Origin: Cyanobacteriota bacterium
GTDB lineage: Bacteria; Cyanobacteriota; Cyanobacteriia; Thermostichales; Thermostichaceae
Assembly: GCA_033764955.1 (NCBI GenBank)
Contig: JANRIL010000010.1
Coordinates: 1-64,000 of the forward strand
Reading direction: 5' to 3'
Length of the DNA: 64,000 bases
Shown: piece by piece, positions 47,753-58,387 of the stretch
How positions within the stretch are numbered: position 1 is the first letter of the stretch
How the letters are laid out: every line of letters begins with the position of its first letter
The notes under the pieces: generated by a model
Databases searched by the model: none
Told to the model about the DNA's origin: nothing
The model's input: the letters and a program-made list of their open reading frames with translations, nothing else
Translations under genes and position numbers: made by a program

Positions 47753-50700
47753 TTAGCTAAGTATATGCAATCGGGATCCCTGGGGAGAACGTTCCACCTC
47801 AATGCGATGGGGAAAGGCATCCCGCAGGCTGGGAATGTGGGTGATCACCAAGATACAGGCAAAATCGCTGGATACGGCATTGATGGCCGCCACCAACTGT
47901 TGCCGCCCCGTTTGATCTTGGGTGCCAAAACCTTCATCAATCAGCAGGGTTTGCAGGCTGGCTCCTGAACGTTGCGCCAGCAGACGGGAGAGAGCGAGTC
48001 GAATCGCAAAGTTGATGCGGAAGGCTTCCCCCCCCGAATAGGTCTCATAAGGGCGGGTGCCTTGCGGGTCGGCAATCAGAATATCGAGGGTATCGATCAA
48101 CTTGCTGGAACGGCGACCTGAGCGTTGGGTGACAAATTGCAGATGCAGTTGATGGGCGGTCAGGCGGGAGAGAATCTGATTGGCGGTGGTTTCCAGCTCC
48201 GGTAATACATTTTCGATGATCAGAGCCGGGATCCCATTGCGCCCATAGGCATTAGCCAGTTCTTGGTAGATCAGTTGGTTGCGTTTGGCCTGTTGCAGGG
48301 ATTGGTTGAGTTGAGCCTTTTGTTGAGCCAGGTGGGCGCTTTGCTCCAGTCGTTCTTGGATCCCACCCAGTTGAGAAAGCAGGAGATCCTGCTGCTGCCG
48401 CCGCTGTTGAATGATGGTCGCTAATCCTTTCAGTTGCCCCTCGGTAACAACCGGAGATTGCGCCAGTTGGTGATGCACCTGCTCAAGCTGCTGGTTGGTC
48501 TGGTGAAAGCGGCGGCGCTGTTGTTGCAGCATTTCCGCCAGATCGCTACAGCACTCCTGGTAGGCGGGCCATTGTTGTTTGGCCTGTTGCAGTTTTTCCC
48601 ATTGGTGCATCCAGCCCTGTTGCTGGGTGAGTTCGGCGCGAACCGCTTGGTGCTGAGCCACGTCATAGCTGAGGGTTTGCAATTGCGCCTCCAGATGGCG
48701 TAGGGATCCCGTGCTATCTCCCTGCGAGGGGGCGGTTTGCAGATACCGGATTTGCGCGTGCAGATGGGCTATCTCCTGATTAAGGGATCCCTGCCGTTCT
48801 TGGGCTTTTTGCAGGTCTGCCTGTTTGGTGAGTGCCCAGCGCCACCGTTCCATCTCGGCACGACAGAGGGCATGATCTTTGTCGTTGTAGCCCAGTTGGG
48901 TTAGTTGCTGGTGCAGGTGGTGCAGGCGTTGGCGAATCTCTGCCCCAAAGGTTTCTTGCTGGAGGCTGGTGGCAATGCTGTGCAGTTGGGTTTGCCAGCT
49001 ATGCAGTTGTTGCAGCCGTTGTTGCCCCGATTCCAGTTGGTGTTGCAGGCGTCCTTGATGGTGAAATTGCTCATCCAACTGCTGTAACTCGGCGGTGAGG
49101 GCTTGATATTCCCGTTGCAAAATTTCGATCTCCCGATCCGCCACCGCCAACTGTTCCCGAATCACAAACAACTGGCCTTCCAGATCTTTTTGCTCCTCCT
49201 GGTGTTTGTCGATGACCAAATGCCGCAAATCGGGGGTGAGGGGTTGGGTACAAAGGGGGCAGCTATGGAGCACCACGAGATCCCCAGCTTCTGCCCCAGG
49301 TACAGGGATCCCGATCCAGTGGCGTTTCTCCTCAAATAACTGCCATTGCCGTTGTAGGGTGCGCTGGCGTTCTTGCAGTTGGTGGACAAATTTTTGCCGT
49401 TCTTGAATTTTTTCCTGCACCCGTTGGTGATAGACCCGCCGCTTTTCCGCATCTGCTAGTTCCCCTTGCAGCGTTACCACCGCCTGCTGTACCTGCTGTA
49501 CCTGTGCTTGCTGACTTTGCAGGTGCTGCACCTGCTGCTGGAGAAGCTGGTGTTGGGCTTGCAGTTGGTTCCGTTCCTGTTGCAGTTGGGCTTGGGTGGC
49601 TTGCCATTGTTGCCAGAGGGGGGTGGCCTCCGCCTGCTGTTGGTCGTAGCGGTTGAGGGCGGCTTGGGCTTGCCGATAGGCGGTGAGGGCGGCGGTGATC
49701 CGCTCCGCTTCCTGCAAAATTTGGGCATCCGCTTGGGCTTGCGCCTGCAAGGTCGCCAGTTGGTGTTGTCGCTGTTGCAACTGCTGGAGGCGTTGGTGTT
49801 GCTGCTCCCTCAGCTCGTCTTGCAGGCGTTGCCGCTCCTGTTGCAGGCTTTGGTGCTGTTGAAATTGCTGGTTAAGTTGTTGGTCAGCGGTCAGCAGCGC
49901 TTGATAGCGGCGACAGCCATTGAGGATCGTTTCCTCCTGCGCCAAGAGGGTTTCCAGTTCCTGCTGTTGCTGGTGCTGTTGCCGCCACTGGGTTTCGGTG
50001 GTTTTGAGGGTTGTCGCCAGATTGTGCAGTTGCTCCGTCAGTTGTTGGTAGTGCTGTTGCAGGCTCTGTCGCCGGGTCATTTGGGTTTGCAGGTCTTCAA
50101 GATTGGCCTGATCCGCCGCCTGCTGCTCGATCCACTCCCTCTGCTGTTGGTGCAAGCGATCCGCTTCTGCCTGAAGCTGCACCCTATCCTGCTCTTGACC
50201 CGCTAGCCGTTGCAGTTGTTCGTGGAGAGAATCCGCTTGCAGGCGGGCGGAACGAGAGAACTCTCGACTTTTTTCGGCCCACTGTTCATAAACCCCCAGT
50301 TTGAGAATCTCGGCTAAAATCTGCTTGCGCTCCCCTGGTCGTTTCAGGGTAAATTCGTCGGCTCGCCCCTGCCGCAAATAGGCTGAGTTGATAAAAGTTT
50401 CATAGTCTAACCGAAGCTGAGCTTGAATCGCCTGCTGCGTGGCACGGATCCCTTTGCGGGTCAGGGATCGCCAGCCAGAGGAGGTCTCGATTTGCCACTC
50501 CAGCGTCCCGGCGGATCCCAGGCTGCGGCTGCGGAGAATGCGATAAACCTGTGCTTGGGCACGATAGACCACCTCCACCTGCGCCTCTTTACAGCCTTTA
50601 TGGATCAGATCATCGTCAGAAGGAGCACGACTTTGCCCCCAAATTCCCCAGGTGAGAGCTTCTAAGAGAGCTGATTTTCCCGATCCATTAGCTCCACAAA

Positions 50701-50785
50701 TACAGGCCGTATGGATACTGGTCAGATCCAAAACGGCAGAACGATAGCTCAGAAACTGATGAAGTCGAAGACGAATGGGGATCAC
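47753..50785 (-). CDS. sbcC: Exonuclease SbcCD subunit C (Rad50-like)
   Basis: GANGSGKS, Gln-rich coiled coil, CPLC zinc hook, YSGGE, LIDEGFG. Confidence 0.95.
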   Translation of the reverse strand: MIPIRLRLHQFLSYRSAVLDLTSIHTACICGANGSGKSALLEALTWGIWGQSRAPSDDDLIHKGCKEAQVEVVYRAQAQVYRILRSRSLGSAGTLEWQIETSSGWRSLTRKGIRATQQAIQAQLRLDYETFINSAYLRQGRADEFTLKRPGERKQILAEILKLGVYEQWAEKSREFSRSARLQADSLHEQLQRLAGQEQDRVQLQAEADRLHQQQREWIEQQAADQANLEDLQTQMTRRQSLQQHYQQLTEQLHNLATTLKTTETQWRQQHQQQQELETLLAQEETILNGCRRYQALLTADQQLNQQFQQHQSLQQERQRLQDELREQQHQRLQQLQQRQHQLATLQAQAQADAQILQEAERITAALTAYRQAQAALNRYDQQQAEATPLWQQWQATQAQLQQERNQLQAQHQLLQQQVQHLQSQQAQVQQVQQAVVTLQGELADAEKRRVYHQRVQEKIQERQKFVHQLQERQRTLQRQWQLFEEKRHWIGIPVPGAEAGDLVVLHSCPLCTQPLTPDLRHLVIDKHQEEQKDLEGQLFVIREQLAVADREIEILQREYQALTAELQQLDEQFHHQGRLQHQLESGQQRLQQLHSWQTQLHSIATSLQQETFGAEIRQRLHHLHQQLTQLGYNDKDHALCRAEMERWRWALTKQADLQKAQERQGSLNQEIAHLHAQIRYLQTAPSQGDSTGSLRHLEAQLQTLSYDVAQHQAVRAELTQQQGWMHQWEKLQQAKQQWPAYQECCSDLAEMLQQQRRRFHQTNQQLEQVHHQLAQSPVVTEGQLKGLATIIQQRRQQQDLLLSQLGGIQERLEQSAHLAQQKAQLNQSLQQAKRNQLIYQELANAYGRNGIPALIIENVLPELETTANQILSRLTAHQLHLQFVTQRSGRRSSKLIDTLDILIADPQGTRPYETYSGGEAFRINFAIRLALSRLLAQRSGASLQTLLIDEGFGTQDQTGRQQLVAAINAVSSDFACILVITHIPSLRDAFPHRIEVERSPQGSRLHILS

Positions 50786-51072
50786 ACAACATCCGTGGGA
50801 GAAGCGTCGATAGAACTTTTAAGTAAAGAAAATTCAGAGATTTCGATTGGGGATAGCAGAAAGGATACCTACTCTCTGTTTTATTGACACTGTTAATGAT
50901 TACATCTGGTGAATAGCTATGTTGACAACCTACCCGTTTCTTGTCTCTTTGGCAAGATATAGGGTTGATTTCGGCTCCATGTTTTTCTCTGGGTTGCGGC
51001 CATTCCGGTGGACTAGAATAGCAGTCGATTGTTGAGCTAGATTAACCGAGATTGTTCATCTAGGAGGCGAGT

Positions 51073-52188
51073 TTGGATTCATTGCAACGCACCCCTTTGT
51101 GGTCTGAGCATCAAGAATTGGGGGCAAAGTTTGTGTCATTTAGTGGATGGCAAATGCCCTTATATTACCAAGGCATTCTTAAAGAACATCAGGCGGTGCG
51201 CTCCCAGGCGGGAGTATTTGATATCTCCCACATGGGCAAATTTCTCTGGCAGGGATCCGATTTGCCCATCCAACTGGGTCAGTTGGTTCCCACCGATCTC
51301 TCCGGTCTGCGTTCTGGGGAAGGACAATATACTGTTTTATTAAACGAAGCGGGGGGGATCTTAGATGATGTGATTGTTTATAAACAGAGCGATACCTGCT
51401 GGCGAATGATCAGCAATGCGGCCACCTATGTCAAGGATCGAGATTGGCTCCGACGGCATTTGCCCACGCTTGAGTTGGCCGATCTCACCCACACGCATGT
51501 TTTGCTGGCTTTACAGGGGCCAGAGGCGCTTCGACAGCTTCAGCCGTTGGTTCAAGAATCCCTCCTCAATTGTCGCCGTTTTCAGCATCGGGAAGTGACC
51601 CTAGCCCAGGGGGATCGCGAAAGCATTTGGGTGGCTCGCACCGGTTACACCGGAGAAGATGGTTTTGAAATTCTTTTAACTCCCTCAGCCGGTCGTAGAC
51701 TGTGGCAAGCCCTGATGGCGGCTCAGGTGCAGCCCTGTGGGTTGGGATGCCGTGATACCCTCCGCTTAGAGGCAGCTATGCATCTGTATGGGCAGGATAT
51801 GGATGAAACCACAACCCCACTTGAGGCTGGTTTGAAGTGGTTGATCACCTCCCCACTTGACTTTGTGGGAGGAACCGCCCTAGAGCAGCAAAAGCGCCTG
51901 GGTATCTCCCGTCAACTGGTGGGCTTGCAGATGCTAGATAAAGCCATCGCTCGCCATGGTTACCCGATCTTTGCGGAAGATCGCCAAGAGGCCAGCGACA
52001 CCCCAGTCGGGGTGATCAGCAGTGGCACCCAGTCCCCCACCCTAGGGATCCCGATTGCCCTAGCCTATTTGCCCCCGTCCCTTGCCAACCTGGGATCCCG
52101 TGTTTGGGTGGAAATCCGTCAAAAGCGCTATCTGGCTGTCGTGGTCAAGCGCCCTTTCTATCACAGTAGCCACCCTGCTCCCCGCTAA
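51073..52188 (+). CDS. gcvT: Glycine cleavage system aminomethyltransferase T
   Basis: FSGWQMP, FDISHMG, ALQGP, RTGYTGEDGFE, RDTLRLEA. Confidence 0.97.
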   Translation: MDSLQRTPLWSEHQELGAKFVSFSGWQMPLYYQGILKEHQAVRSQAGVFDISHMGKFLWQGSDLPIQLGQLVPTDLSGLRSGEGQYTVLLNEAGGILDDVIVYKQSDTCWRMISNAATYVKDRDWLRRHLPTLELADLTHTHVLLALQGPEALRQLQPLVQESLLNCRRFQHREVTLAQGDRESIWVARTGYTGEDGFEILLTPSAGRRLWQALMAAQVQPCGLGCRDTLRLEAAMHLYGQDMDETTTPLEAGLKWLITSPLDFVGGTALEQQKRLGISRQLVGLQMLDKAIARHGYPIFAEDRQEASDTPVGVISSGTQSPTLGIPIALAYLPPSLANLGSRVWVEIRQKRYLAVVVKRPFYHSSHPAPR

Positions 52189-52517
52189 CTCCCCAGCCAC
52201 CGCCCTAGAGCTACGCCTATGACCAAGCCCAAGCCCACAAAGCGGACTACCTGCCAAAACAAGCTAGGGTAGGGATTAAAGCTGCCCAAATACTCCTGCA
52301 TTCGGGTTTCCAGATCCGCTAACTGCTGTTGAGCCTCCGCCCACCGTTCCGGGGGAAGTTTTTCCAGTTGCGCCAGCTCTTGCAGATCTTTCCACTGACC
52401 TTGCAAGCGTTCTAACCGTTGGGCAAAGTCCTGCCATTCCTGGTCGGGATCCGATTTCAACTCGCTCATAAGCCCAGCCACCTGCTCTCTAGACCGGTTT
52501 TTTCGGTAAATTGGCAC
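52185..52517 (-). CDS. Hypothetical protein with coiled coil and C-terminal TM helix; probable start 52469
   Basis: FWQVVRFVGLGLVIG cyanobacterial motif. Confidence 0.65.
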   Translation of the reverse strand: MPIYRKNRSREQVAGLMSELKSDPDQEWQDFAQRLERLQGQWKDLQELAQLEKLPPERWAEAQQQLADLETRMQEYLGSFNPYPSLFWQVVRFVGLGLVIGVALGRWLGS

Positions 52518-52529
52518 TCCCTCATCTGC

Positions 52530-53186
52530 CTAGCCTGGAGAACCATTCGCCTGAATGGCTGGATGCTTAGGTTTACTGGGGGCAGGTTGGGATCCAAAGC
52601 CCGTCTGCACCTCGTTAAACGATTGCGCCTGTTTGTTGGCCGCTTCCACGGGAGCCAATCCAAATAGCCCACGAATCGCATTTTCCACCTCGGTCAGGGA
52701 ACGGGATCCTGTGGATTGATAGACTACCTGACCGGAGGCATCGAACAAGAGTGTCTGGGGCACTCGCCCCGTAAAATAGCGGGCTAACCCAGTCGGATCC
52801 TCAAGATCAAGGCTATCAACAGCATAGGCAACAAAATTGACCCCTAACCCATAGCGCACCTGTAGATTCGCCACCACCGCCGCATAGCGCTTGCAATCCC
52901 GGCTGTCATCGATATAGTAAACCAACAGGGAAGGGATCCCTTTGGCTTGGGCTTGCTCTAGGGTCATACGGGGAGGCAGCATCCCCCCATTCGAGCCATA
53001 CAGAGCAAAAATGTTGCCATCATAGTGATCATCCGTCAGCCCCGCCCAGGCCGGACTCCATCCCCCCCAACTGCCTAGCCAGAGGAGGATAGCCAGCAAC
53101 AACATCCCTAACCGCTGCCGTCGTCCGAACCCCCTAGGTTGCCTGCTGCCGAGTGGGTGAGTGGAGGACTGATTGTGGTGGTGCAT
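52530..53186 (-). CDS. Thioredoxin-fold thylakoid photosystem I accumulation factor-like protein
   Basis: DDHYDGNIFALY, YIDDSRDCK, VPQT. Confidence 0.8.
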   Translation of the reverse strand: MHHHNQSSTHPLGSRQPRGFGRRQRLGMLLLAILLWLGSWGGWSPAWAGLTDDHYDGNIFALYGSNGGMLPPRMTLEQAQAKGIPSLLVYYIDDSRDCKRYAAVVANLQVRYGLGVNFVAYAVDSLDLEDPTGLARYFTGRVPQTLLFDASGQVVYQSTGSRSLTEVENAIRGLFGLAPVEAANKQAQSFNEVQTGFGSQPAPSKPKHPAIQANGSPG

Positions 53187-53263
53187 AGCCTGAAAAATAA
53201 CCCAAAAGAACAAATTGCTTGGCTTTATTCTATCCAGGTTATGGGTGTTGCGGTTGGCTTGAT

Positions 53264-53647
53264 TTAGCTGGATAGCTTACTGGTCAAGCGCTTTGGACAG
53301 GTGGCACGAATATGAGCCTCACTCAAATCTGGCATCAGTGCCAACGCCTTTTGAGGATCGATTTGGGCATCGCACACCGCCTGCAAAATATCTTCCCCCA
53401 TCAAGGAGAGGGGCTGATCCAGGGTAGCGGCGGGATCCGTATCGAGGGAGATCTGTCGCACCCCCAGGGGCGGAGGAGGCAACGTTTCGGGGGAAGAGGT
53501 TTGGGTGGTTGATGTTCCCACATTCAGTTCAACGGGGGGCTGGCCAGACTTCTCTTGAGCCAGGGCGGGCAAAGGAGAGAGGATCACGAATGGCATCCAG
53601 GAAATAGCCAAGCCTATCGATACAAAACTTCTTTTTTCTACTATCAT
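53264..53647 (-). CDS. Exported hypothetical protein
   Basis: Signal peptide ending ALA-QE; two Cys. Confidence 0.6.
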   Translation of the reverse strand: MIVEKRSFVSIGLAISWMPFVILSPLPALAQEKSGQPPVELNVGTSTTQTSSPETLPPPPLGVRQISLDTDPAATLDQPLSLMGEDILQAVCDAQIDPQKALALMPDLSEAHIRATCPKRLTSKLSS

Positions 53648-54098
53648 TTCGCCCTTCCGGTGAGGATCACCGCAAAAAATTCCCCACAACTCTAAAATAA
53701 CCAAAACACATCGGCTTTACCCTAGGCGATGTTAGCAAAGGTTGATGTGGTTTTGGGTACTACCAATAGCTTCATCAGCTTTGTCGATCACTACCGGTAG
53801 TGATTGCAACCAAACTTCATGGGAAGCAGGGAGAGGGATACTGATGGTCAGATCCGGGATCTGTGGGAAGGATTCTTGGTCAGATTTCTTGGCTACAGCC
53901 TCAGAAACACCCCTATAATCTCCACTATCGATTTTCGCCAGAGAGTAAATTTACGGCATCCAGAACGGAGAGAAACTTGTTAGGATTAACCTTATCAAAA
54001 TTGCATTTTATCTTTGAAGGGTGAGTTGAGTTTCAAAAAATTGGTTGTCAGAAGGATCTGCCCCTTGTTTGGTGTCATGCTGCCGGAGGTTTTTGTTG

Positions 54099-54416
54099 AT
54101 GAGCCTGCCCCGTGTCCCTCGCTCCCGTCCTCGCCCCAAGCTGCGGGCGATTCCAAAGCGCCGCACTGAAGCCGCGATTTATGCTGAATTGCAACAACTG
54201 ACCATCGAAAAACAGCGGCTTCTCCAAGAACTTGAGTTTATTGAGGAACGGCGGGGACAGATCGCCGAGCGGCTGGGGGAAATTCAACAGGCGATGCAGG
54301 AAGCTAAAATCTCAGCCGAACAATTTGAACAACCCTCTGCTTCCGGCACTTCCCAAAGTGGGATCCGCTCTAGCTCTGATTCGCAGGCTTTCCCCCCCAT
54401 GCTGATCGACTATTAG
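54099..54416 (+). CDS. Gas vesicle accessory protein GvpV-like
   Basis: KRRTEAAIYAELQQLTIEKQRLLQEL; C-terminal IDY. Confidence 0.6.
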   Translation: MSLPRVPRSRPRPKLRAIPKRRTEAAIYAELQQLTIEKQRLLQELEFIEERRGQIAERLGEIQQAMQEAKISAEQFEQPSASGTSQSGIRSSSDSQAFPPMLIDY

Positions 54417-54441
54417 AAATTTCGTTTGGATAGATAAGGCT

Positions 54442-56304
54442 ATGGCTGATCTCAGCAACTTTTTTGAAGGTATTGAGCAACTGATCGACTTGGCTCAAAA
54501 GCTGGACGAGAAAAAACAAAGTGGTGAGTTGCGCACAGAAGTCAGAATTCAAGGACGCCCTCTGGGTAGCTCGATTCCGCGACATGGCTCGATTCCACGG
54601 CGGGGAGGAATCCAGACCGCCAGTGGGGGAGAAGACTCCTGGAGCAGTGAGCCGCAGGTGAAGCGAGCCACCGATGCGGAGAAAGCCCCCCCCGAACCTC
54701 CAACGGCTGCGGCAGTCGGATCGTCACCTCACCTCACTTTGCAGGATGTGGGGGGACTGCGCGAACCGCTGCAAACCCTGCGGGAATGGGTGGAAATTCC
54801 CCTGAAGCGACCGGATCTGCTCCACAAACTGGGGCTGGAGCCGCCACGGGGAGTGCTGTTGGTGGGATCCCCTGGCACGGGCAAAACCTTGACGGCGCGA
54901 GCACTGGCAGAAACGCTAGGGGTCAACTACATCGCCATTGTTGGGCCTGAGATCATTGGCAAGTATTACGGCGAAGCAGAAGCCCGACTGCGGCAGGTTT
55001 TTGAGAAAGCCAGCAAATCAGCTCCCTGTTTGGTATTTATCGATGAAATTGATGCCCTCGTGCCCAACCGAGCCAGCGTAGAAGGGGAAGTGGAAAAGCG
55101 GCTGGTGGCGCAGATGTTGGGCTTGATGGATGGCTTTGCCGCCCAAAAAGGGGTGATAGTTTTAGCAGCTACCAACCGTCCCGATGCCCTCGACCCTGCT
55201 CTGCGGCGTCCGGGACGGTTTGATCGGGAGGTGCTATTCAAGGTTCCAGATCGAGACGGACGACGGGAGATTTTGGGGATTCATACCCGTGATATGCCCT
55301 TGGGCAACGATGTCAGCCTGGAGGATCTGGCGGATCAAACCCTGGGATTTGTCGGGGCGGATATTCGGGGATTGTGTCAAGCAGCCGCTTATGTAGCCCT
55401 GCGGCGGCAAGTGCCCGATCTGCAAGCCCCTATTCCTGAGGATCTGCTGGTGACGCAGACGGACTTTGCCCAGGCACTCCAACAGATTAAGCCTGCCGTG
55501 CTTCGCTCCGTCGAGATCGAATCGCCCCAGGTAAGTTGGCAAATGATCGGCGGACTGGACTCGGTGAAGCAGGTGTTGCAAGAGGCGGTGGAGGGATCCC
55601 TCCTGCACCCAGAGCTGTACGAACATACTCAGGCGCAAGCCCCCAAAGGGATCCTCCTATCCGGACCACCTGGCACCGGTAAGACACTCTTAGCCAAAGC
55701 CATTGCCTCCCAAGCCAAAGCCAACTTTATCGCCATCTCAGGACCAGAACTGCTCAGCAAATGGGTGGGATCCTCAGAACAGGCGGTGCGTGAGCTGTTT
55801 GCCCGCGCCCGTCAATGTGCCCCCTGTGTGATCTTTGTGGATGAGATTGATACCCTCGCCCCCGCCCGTGGCAGCTATGGGGGGGACAGCGGGGTCAGCG
55901 ATCGCGTCTTGGGACAGCTTTTGGCCGAATTAGACGGGATCCGCCCCAGCCAAGGCATCTTATTGGTGGCGGCCACCAACCGGAAAGCTAGTTTGGATCC
56001 CGCGTTAACCCGTGCTGGGCGAGTTGAACTGCATTTGACGGTGGAATTGCCCGAAACCCCTTCCCGCCGCGCCATTTTAGCTGTACATAACAACACCCGA
56101 CCCATATCCAGCGATGTTGATCTCGACACCTGGGCTGAACGTACCGCCGGATGGAGTGGAGCCGACCTCGCCCTCTTGAGCAACCGCGCGGCGATTGCCG
56201 CCATCCGTCGCCATCGCGCCACCGGAGTCAGTGAGGTGCAAACCCTGCAAATTCAATCGGTTGATTTTGAGCAAGCGTTTGCGGAGCTAGACAAGCAACG
56301 TTGA
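54442..56304 (+). CDS. CDC48/VCP-like double AAA+ ATPase
   Basis: Two modules: [21 protein letters not shown] and [14 protein letters not shown]. Confidence 0.92.
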   Translation: MADLSNFFEGIEQLIDLAQKLDEKKQSGELRTEVRIQGRPLGSSIPRHGSIPRRGGIQTASGGEDSWSSEPQVKRATDAEKAPPEPPTAAAVGSSPHLTLQDVGGLREPLQTLREWVEIPLKRPDLLHKLGLEPPRGVLLVGSPGTGKTLTARALAETLGVNYIAIVGPEIIGKYYGEAEARLRQVFEKASKSAPCLVFIDEIDALVPNRASVEGEVEKRLVAQMLGLMDGFAAQKGVIVLAATNRPDALDPALRRPGRFDREVLFKVPDRDGRREILGIHTRDMPLGNDVSLEDLADQTLGFVGADIRGLCQAAAYVALRRQVPDLQAPIPEDLLVTQTDFAQALQQIKPAVLRSVEIESPQVSWQMIGGLDSVKQVLQEAVEGSLLHPELYEHTQAQAPKGILLSGPPGTGKTLLAKAIASQAKANFIAISGPELLSKWVGSSEQAVRELFARARQCAPCVIFVDEIDTLAPARGSYGGDSGVSDRVLGQLLAELDGIRPSQGILLVAATNRKASLDPALTRAGRVELHLTVELPETPSRRAILAVHNNTRPISSDVDLDTWAERTAGWSGADLALLSNRAAIAAIRRHRATGVSEVQTLQIQSVDFEQAFAELDKQR

Positions 56305-56321
56305 CTCAGGAGTCCTAGGGA

Positions 56322-57386
56322 TTAAGGCTCAATGCTTTCTCGATAGGGGGCAGGGGGGTGGAGCAGGCCAACCAGCAGACTCGCCACCCCTGCTATCAAC
56401 AGCCCAAATAGTACAGACAGAGCTGACGCATAACCCAGATCAAAAAACACCAGCCCGACCTTAAAAATGTAGTGGTGCAAAACCTCCGTAGCATTGCCGG
56501 GTCCGCCGCCTGTGATCAGCAAAACGGGTTCAAAAACCTTAAACGCTTCGAGGGTTCGCAGCAGGATCACCCAATCCAGGAGGGGTCTTAATAAAGGGAG
56601 GGAAACCCCCAGAAAGATCTGGCAGTCGTTGGCACCCTCCAACTGAGCCGCTTCTAAAAGGTGGAGATCCTGACGGCTCAATCCCGCCCACATCGTGATG
56701 GCTACCAGAGGGGTCCATTGCCAGATATCTACCACCAGCAGAGCCAGTAGAGCGGTTGAGGGTTCGGCGGTTAACCCCTGCCCAATCGGGATCCCTACGG
56801 GGCGCAAGGCCAGGGAAAGCAACCCCAGGTCAGGATGATAAAACAGTTTCCAGATAAGTGCTGTCACCACCGATGACACCAGCAACGGGGAGAGCAGCAA
56901 AGCCCGCAGCCAGCGCATTCCCCAAAGATTGTGGTGGAGCAGCCACCCCAACCCCAGTCCCAAGCTGATTTCAAGGGGAACCGCCGTAATCACCCAGATC
57001 AAGCTATTGAGGGTAGCCCGTCCCCAGGAGGGATCCCGCCATGCCTGTTGATAATAGGTTAACCCCACCCATGTCAGGGTATTGGCCTCCTCCCCCCAGC
57101 CGGAACGAACCACGGCCTGCACCATCGGATATAGCCCAAACAGGCCAATCCACAATCCGGCGGGCAAAACCCAGCCCCACCATTTCTTCAGATGTGCCCA
57201 ATCCTTAGCAAGCGCCACCGAAATATCTAGAAATTCTAAAAATGAAGAACAACCACCTGAGGCCGAATCCGTTGCCATCGATTGCAGCCATCGCCACCAG
57301 CTTATGAGAACAGACCCAGTCCATGCCACCCCAGCTATCATGGGCTTTTTCCCCCTCTCCCCACAAAACCACGGCAACAACTCCAC
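56322..57386 (-). CDS. Carbohydrate ABC transporter permease; start uncertain
   Basis: VDIWQWTP, EAAQLEGA, TGGGPGNATE. Confidence 0.88.
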   Translation of the reverse strand: MELLPWFCGERGKKPMIAGVAWTGSVLISWWRWLQSMATDSASGGCSSFLEFLDISVALAKDWAHLKKWWGWVLPAGLWIGLFGLYPMVQAVVRSGWGEEANTLTWVGLTYYQQAWRDPSWGRATLNSLIWVITAVPLEISLGLGLGWLLHHNLWGMRWLRALLLSPLLVSSVVTALIWKLFYHPDLGLLSLALRPVGIPIGQGLTAEPSTALLALLVVDIWQWTPLVAITMWAGLSRQDLHLLEAAQLEGANDCQIFLGVSLPLLRPLLDWVILLRTLEAFKVFEPVLLITGGGPGNATEVLHHYIFKVGLVFFDLGYASALSVLFGLLIAGVASLLVGLLHPPAPYRESIEP

Positions 57387-57509
57387 AGGGATCCCGGCCA
57401 GGATGGCTAATTTTTACGAGACTTTTTCAGCATCCGTGCCACTAGGTTGGATACTAAGACAGGGGAGGTTGCTCCCCGGTGATTGAGCGAGTAGGAGATC
57501 AATAAAGTT

Positions 57510-57995
57510 TTGGATGCCGCTGATTGGAAGGAAATCCAGCAACTTGTCACTACCCTGGAGCAAACCAGTGTGGTGGAATTAACTCTCGAAATCAAAGAGT
57601 TTCGTTTGGCTATCCGGCGAGATAGTGGTGCGGTCAGGGATCCCTTGCCGATGCCGGTTCCCCCGCCTGTTGTCAGCGTTACTCCCACCCCCCCACCCGT
57701 TGAGGCCGCTTCCGTGCCTCCTACCCGCAAACCCGCCGCTCCCCCCACCCATTGGATGGAGGTAACAGCCCCGATGGTGGGAACCTTTTATAGTGCACCC
57801 GCCCCCGGGGAACCGGATTTTGTCAAGGTGGGAGATCGGGTACAAAAGGGGCAAACCCTCTGCATCATTGAGGCGATGAAGTTAATGAATGAGCTAGAAG
57901 CCGAAACCTCCGGTCGCATTACGGAAATTTTGGTTACTAACAGTCAATCGGTAGAATTTGGTCAACCATTAATCCGCATCGATCCAACGGGCTAG
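57510..57995 (+). CDS. accB: Acetyl-CoA carboxylase biotin carboxyl carrier protein
   Basis: APMVGTFY, IIEAMKLMNE. Confidence 0.96.
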   Translation: MDAADWKEIQQLVTTLEQTSVVELTLEIKEFRLAIRRDSGAVRDPLPMPVPPPVVSVTPTPPPVEAASVPPTRKPAAPPTHWMEVTAPMVGTFYSAPAPGEPDFVKVGDRVQKGQTLCIIEAMKLMNELEAETSGRITEILVTNSQSVEFGQPLIRIDPTG

Positions 57996-58082
57996 TCAGG
58001 TAGTGGCGGTTGAACCCAAGCACGACCTTTGGTGGGAGGCTATCGCTAGCTAGGTTCCCCAACCAGTCAGAGCCTAAACCCG

Positions 58083-58301
58083 TCAATCAATAGCAATAGA
58101 CTGAGGCCCCGCAGCTCCAGAGGAAGTGGGCGAGGATTGGATCCCTTGCTCTTCCAGCCAGCTTTTGAAGGGTTCTTGAGTCAGATCCAGACGCAGGATC
58201 CCGGCTAAGAATCCCCCACAAAACGGGATCGGATTTTGCAAAAACTCGGTCATCACTTGGTTGGCATTCATAACCGTCAAACGTCCCAAAATAAGAGGCA
58301 T
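58083..58301 (-). CDS. Conserved small cyanobacterial/plastid-type hypothetical protein
   Basis: PIPFCGGFLAGILRLDL...WL, GPQSIAID. Confidence 0.75.
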   Translation of the reverse strand: MPLILGRLTVMNANQVMTEFLQNPIPFCGGFLAGILRLDLTQEPFKSWLEEQGIQSSPTSSGAAGPQSIAID

Positions 58302-58387
58302 GGGTTGATCCTAGCAAGCTTGTCAGCAAGGGCTAGGGATCCCCTCTGGGTTTGTGCTGACGCAGGCTGCTTTTCTTGCTTTTCTGG

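Noticed and set aside
49466..50206. 246-aa Leu-rich plus-strand ORF
   Set aside because: Antisense of the Gln-rich SbcC coiled coil (CAG/CAA read as CTG/TTG)
50786..51072. Glycine riboswitch upstream of gcvT
   Set aside because: Conserved GGAGA/CCGAAG/CTCAGG aptamer elements not found
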